DNA of 64,000 nucleotides, taken from NCBI GenBank assembly GCA_951406725.2, contig OX597828.1, positions 65,844,001 to 65,908,000 on the forward strand, written 5' to 3'. Origin of the DNA: Octopus vulgaris. Lineage: Eukaryota. A program made the position numbers and the translations under genes. Of this stretch, positions 62,142 through 64,000 are shown in pieces. The first letter of the stretch is position 1, and each line of letters starts with the position of its first letter. A model generated the notes under the pieces. It ran no database searches, was not told the DNA's origin, and saw nothing but the letters and a program-made list of their open reading frames with translations.

Positions 62142-62525
62142 AGGAGTGGCTGTGTGGTAAGTACCTTGCTTACCAACCACATGGTTCCGGGTTCAGTCCC
62201 ACTGTGTGACACCTTCGGCAAGTGTCTTCTACTATAACCTCAGGCCGACCAAAGCCTTGTGAGTGGATTTGGTAGACGGAAACTGAAAGAAGCCTGTCGT
62301 ATATATGTAAGTGTGTGTGTGTGTTTGCGTGTCTGTATTTGTCCCCCCAACATTGCTTAACAACCGATGCTGGTGTGTCTACGTCCCCGTAACTTAGCAG
62401 TTCGACAAAAGAGACCGATAGAATAAGTACTAGGCTTACAAAGAATGAGTCCTGGGGTTGATTTGCTTGACTAAAGGCGGTGCACCAGCATGGCTGCAGT
62501 AAAATGACTGAAACAAGTAAAAGTG
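62142..62525 (+). mobile_element. Full-length SINE family B
   Basis: Head ggagtggctgtgtggtaag...gggttcagtccc, CORE-like acctt.ggcaagt, internal (TA/TG)n, and tail gaaacaagtaaaag. Confidence 0.92.
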
Positions 62526-62979
62526 TATATAAGTGATTAAAAAACCTAATCCTTATTGTGGAATTCACAAGTGAAGATTACTACAAGTAATGAATGCTAG
62601 TTTGAATAGTTTCTTATGAGTCCATTCATAACTCCTTTACTACAGAGTTTTAGAAAAGATATACATCACAGGGTCAAGAGGACTCTTTAGCCTTGCCAAA
62701 GACAAGACAGCTTCTGTAGTTTCGATGTTAGGAAGGGCTTCCAGCTGTAGATAACTGGAATGTCAGAGCAAAATGTAATCCTCTGACCTGTTGTATCCTA
62801 TTAAACTGTCCAACCCATACCAACATGGAAAGTAAACATAAAATGATTATGATGATGCAGCAGCTGTTAATAATATCCTTCAAGGACTTAGAAGTCTGTC
62901 TTTTCAACCCATTGCAGAGTAGGGAGCTAGACCTATATATAATAAATACATGAATCATTGCACCTCACCTTCCCTAAAT

Positions 62980-63530
62980 GTAAACAGCACACAATTAGAA
63001 CCCTTGCAATTCTTTCAAATGCTAGATCTCACTTTGCAGAGCATCTTGCTCTGTGAACACACATTCTTAGCATAGAAAAGACATCTCAAAGATTGGCCAT
63101 TTTATTCAGAGCCATAAAATGCTTCAACCTGCAGTTGAAGCTCAGGTGAAACTTTCAATAGAGTACTGCTCTCACATCTAGGATGGTGGTGCTGCTATGG
63201 ACACACAGACCTAGACCATATCCAGAGAAAGACCACAACTGATCATCATAAAGTTCCTCACTGACACTCCCTAACCCCTCACCCCCCACAGATATACTCT
63301 AGACTCTGACTCACATCTTCTAACTCCGCCTACTGTGATGGCCTCTATTCTTCAAAGCTAGCTTCACACCCCACTCCACTCAGGCTCTCTCCACGTAGTT
63401 GTTTCCCCACTTCTGGTCACTCCAAAGCCCTGCACTAAATGCTATCCCTAGTTCTTCTTCTTCAAAATGTCACCGCTTTGCAGTTTATTCCTGCACTTGT
63501 TTTCCCTTTCCTTATCAACTTGCAACACTT
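62980..63530 (+). mobile_element. Old CR1/Jockey-group LINE RT C-terminal remnant
   Basis: aagctcaggtgaaactttcaatagagtactgctctcacatctaggatggt reads AQVKLSIEYCSHI*DG (consensus YKAQVRPxMEYCSHxW), followed by LDHIQRK. Confidence 0.6.
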
Positions 63531-64000
63531 AAAATGCAGTATTTATGGCATCAATTTCATAATTATCTCAGAGGGCTTGTGAAGGTAATGGAAACTGCTC
63601 CTTCTTCGTAGCCTAACAAATAACGATGATAATAAAATAACAGTAATAATCATCATCGTCATCATTTAACGTCCACCTTTCATGCTGACAAGGGTTGGAC
63701 AGTTTGACTGAGAACTGGCAAGCCAGGAGGTAGCACCAAGCTCTAATCTGATCTGGTAGTGTTTCTACAGCTGGATTTCCTTCCTAATGCCAACCTCTCC
63801 AAGAGTGTAGTGGGTGCTTTTTATGTGCCACCAGCACGGGTGCCAGTCAGGGATAATACCCATTGCTTTCTTCACAAGAATTGGATGCCACCAAATTTAA
63901 GTAAAATTAAGATGCCATTATCAGACTTATGCCAGTCCAATCTCAATGTTATGATGCTTCTGATCACAGCTGATGTTGTCTGGTTCATAACATTGATGAA

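Overview
AT-rich, repeat-dense animal genomic DNA. The SINE/RTE repertoire and microsatellite load are most consistent with an Octopus (coleoid cephalopod) genome; the species is inferred, not shown. One host gene is supportable: a + strand cysteine string protein (CSP/DNAJC5) with five coding exons found by eye (5326-5357, 42571-42652, 47096-47152, 50073-50225, 52099-52230). These splice in frame into 152 aa, MTSNTKKRSFSSSGDSLYELLG...LALKFHPDKN...[31 protein letters not shown]...YSFLH. The normal C-terminal exon was not found in the window. Intron 1 is 37,213 nt and splits the codon of the conserved regulatory serine. The rest is transposon debris: hAT, mariner and pogo remnants, Merlin-like, piggyBac-like and hAT MITEs with TSDs, several SINE families, many RTE LINE 3' ends, a probable solo LTR, a Helitron end and a Dong/R4-like 3' end. 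Nearly all ORFs in the supplied track are spurious or transposon remnants. The two most interesting signals are RNA structures. First, two TSD-flanked fold-back Penelope-like insertions have an arm consensus that reads as a minimal type I hammerhead ribozyme with the C3:G8 pair swapped to G3:C8. Second, the 3' UTR of the dominant RTE family carries variable-copy arrays of a ~62-66 nt unit that folds as a small H-type pseudoknot plus a hairpin, with compensatory changes. Both are inferences that need covariance and biochemical tests.
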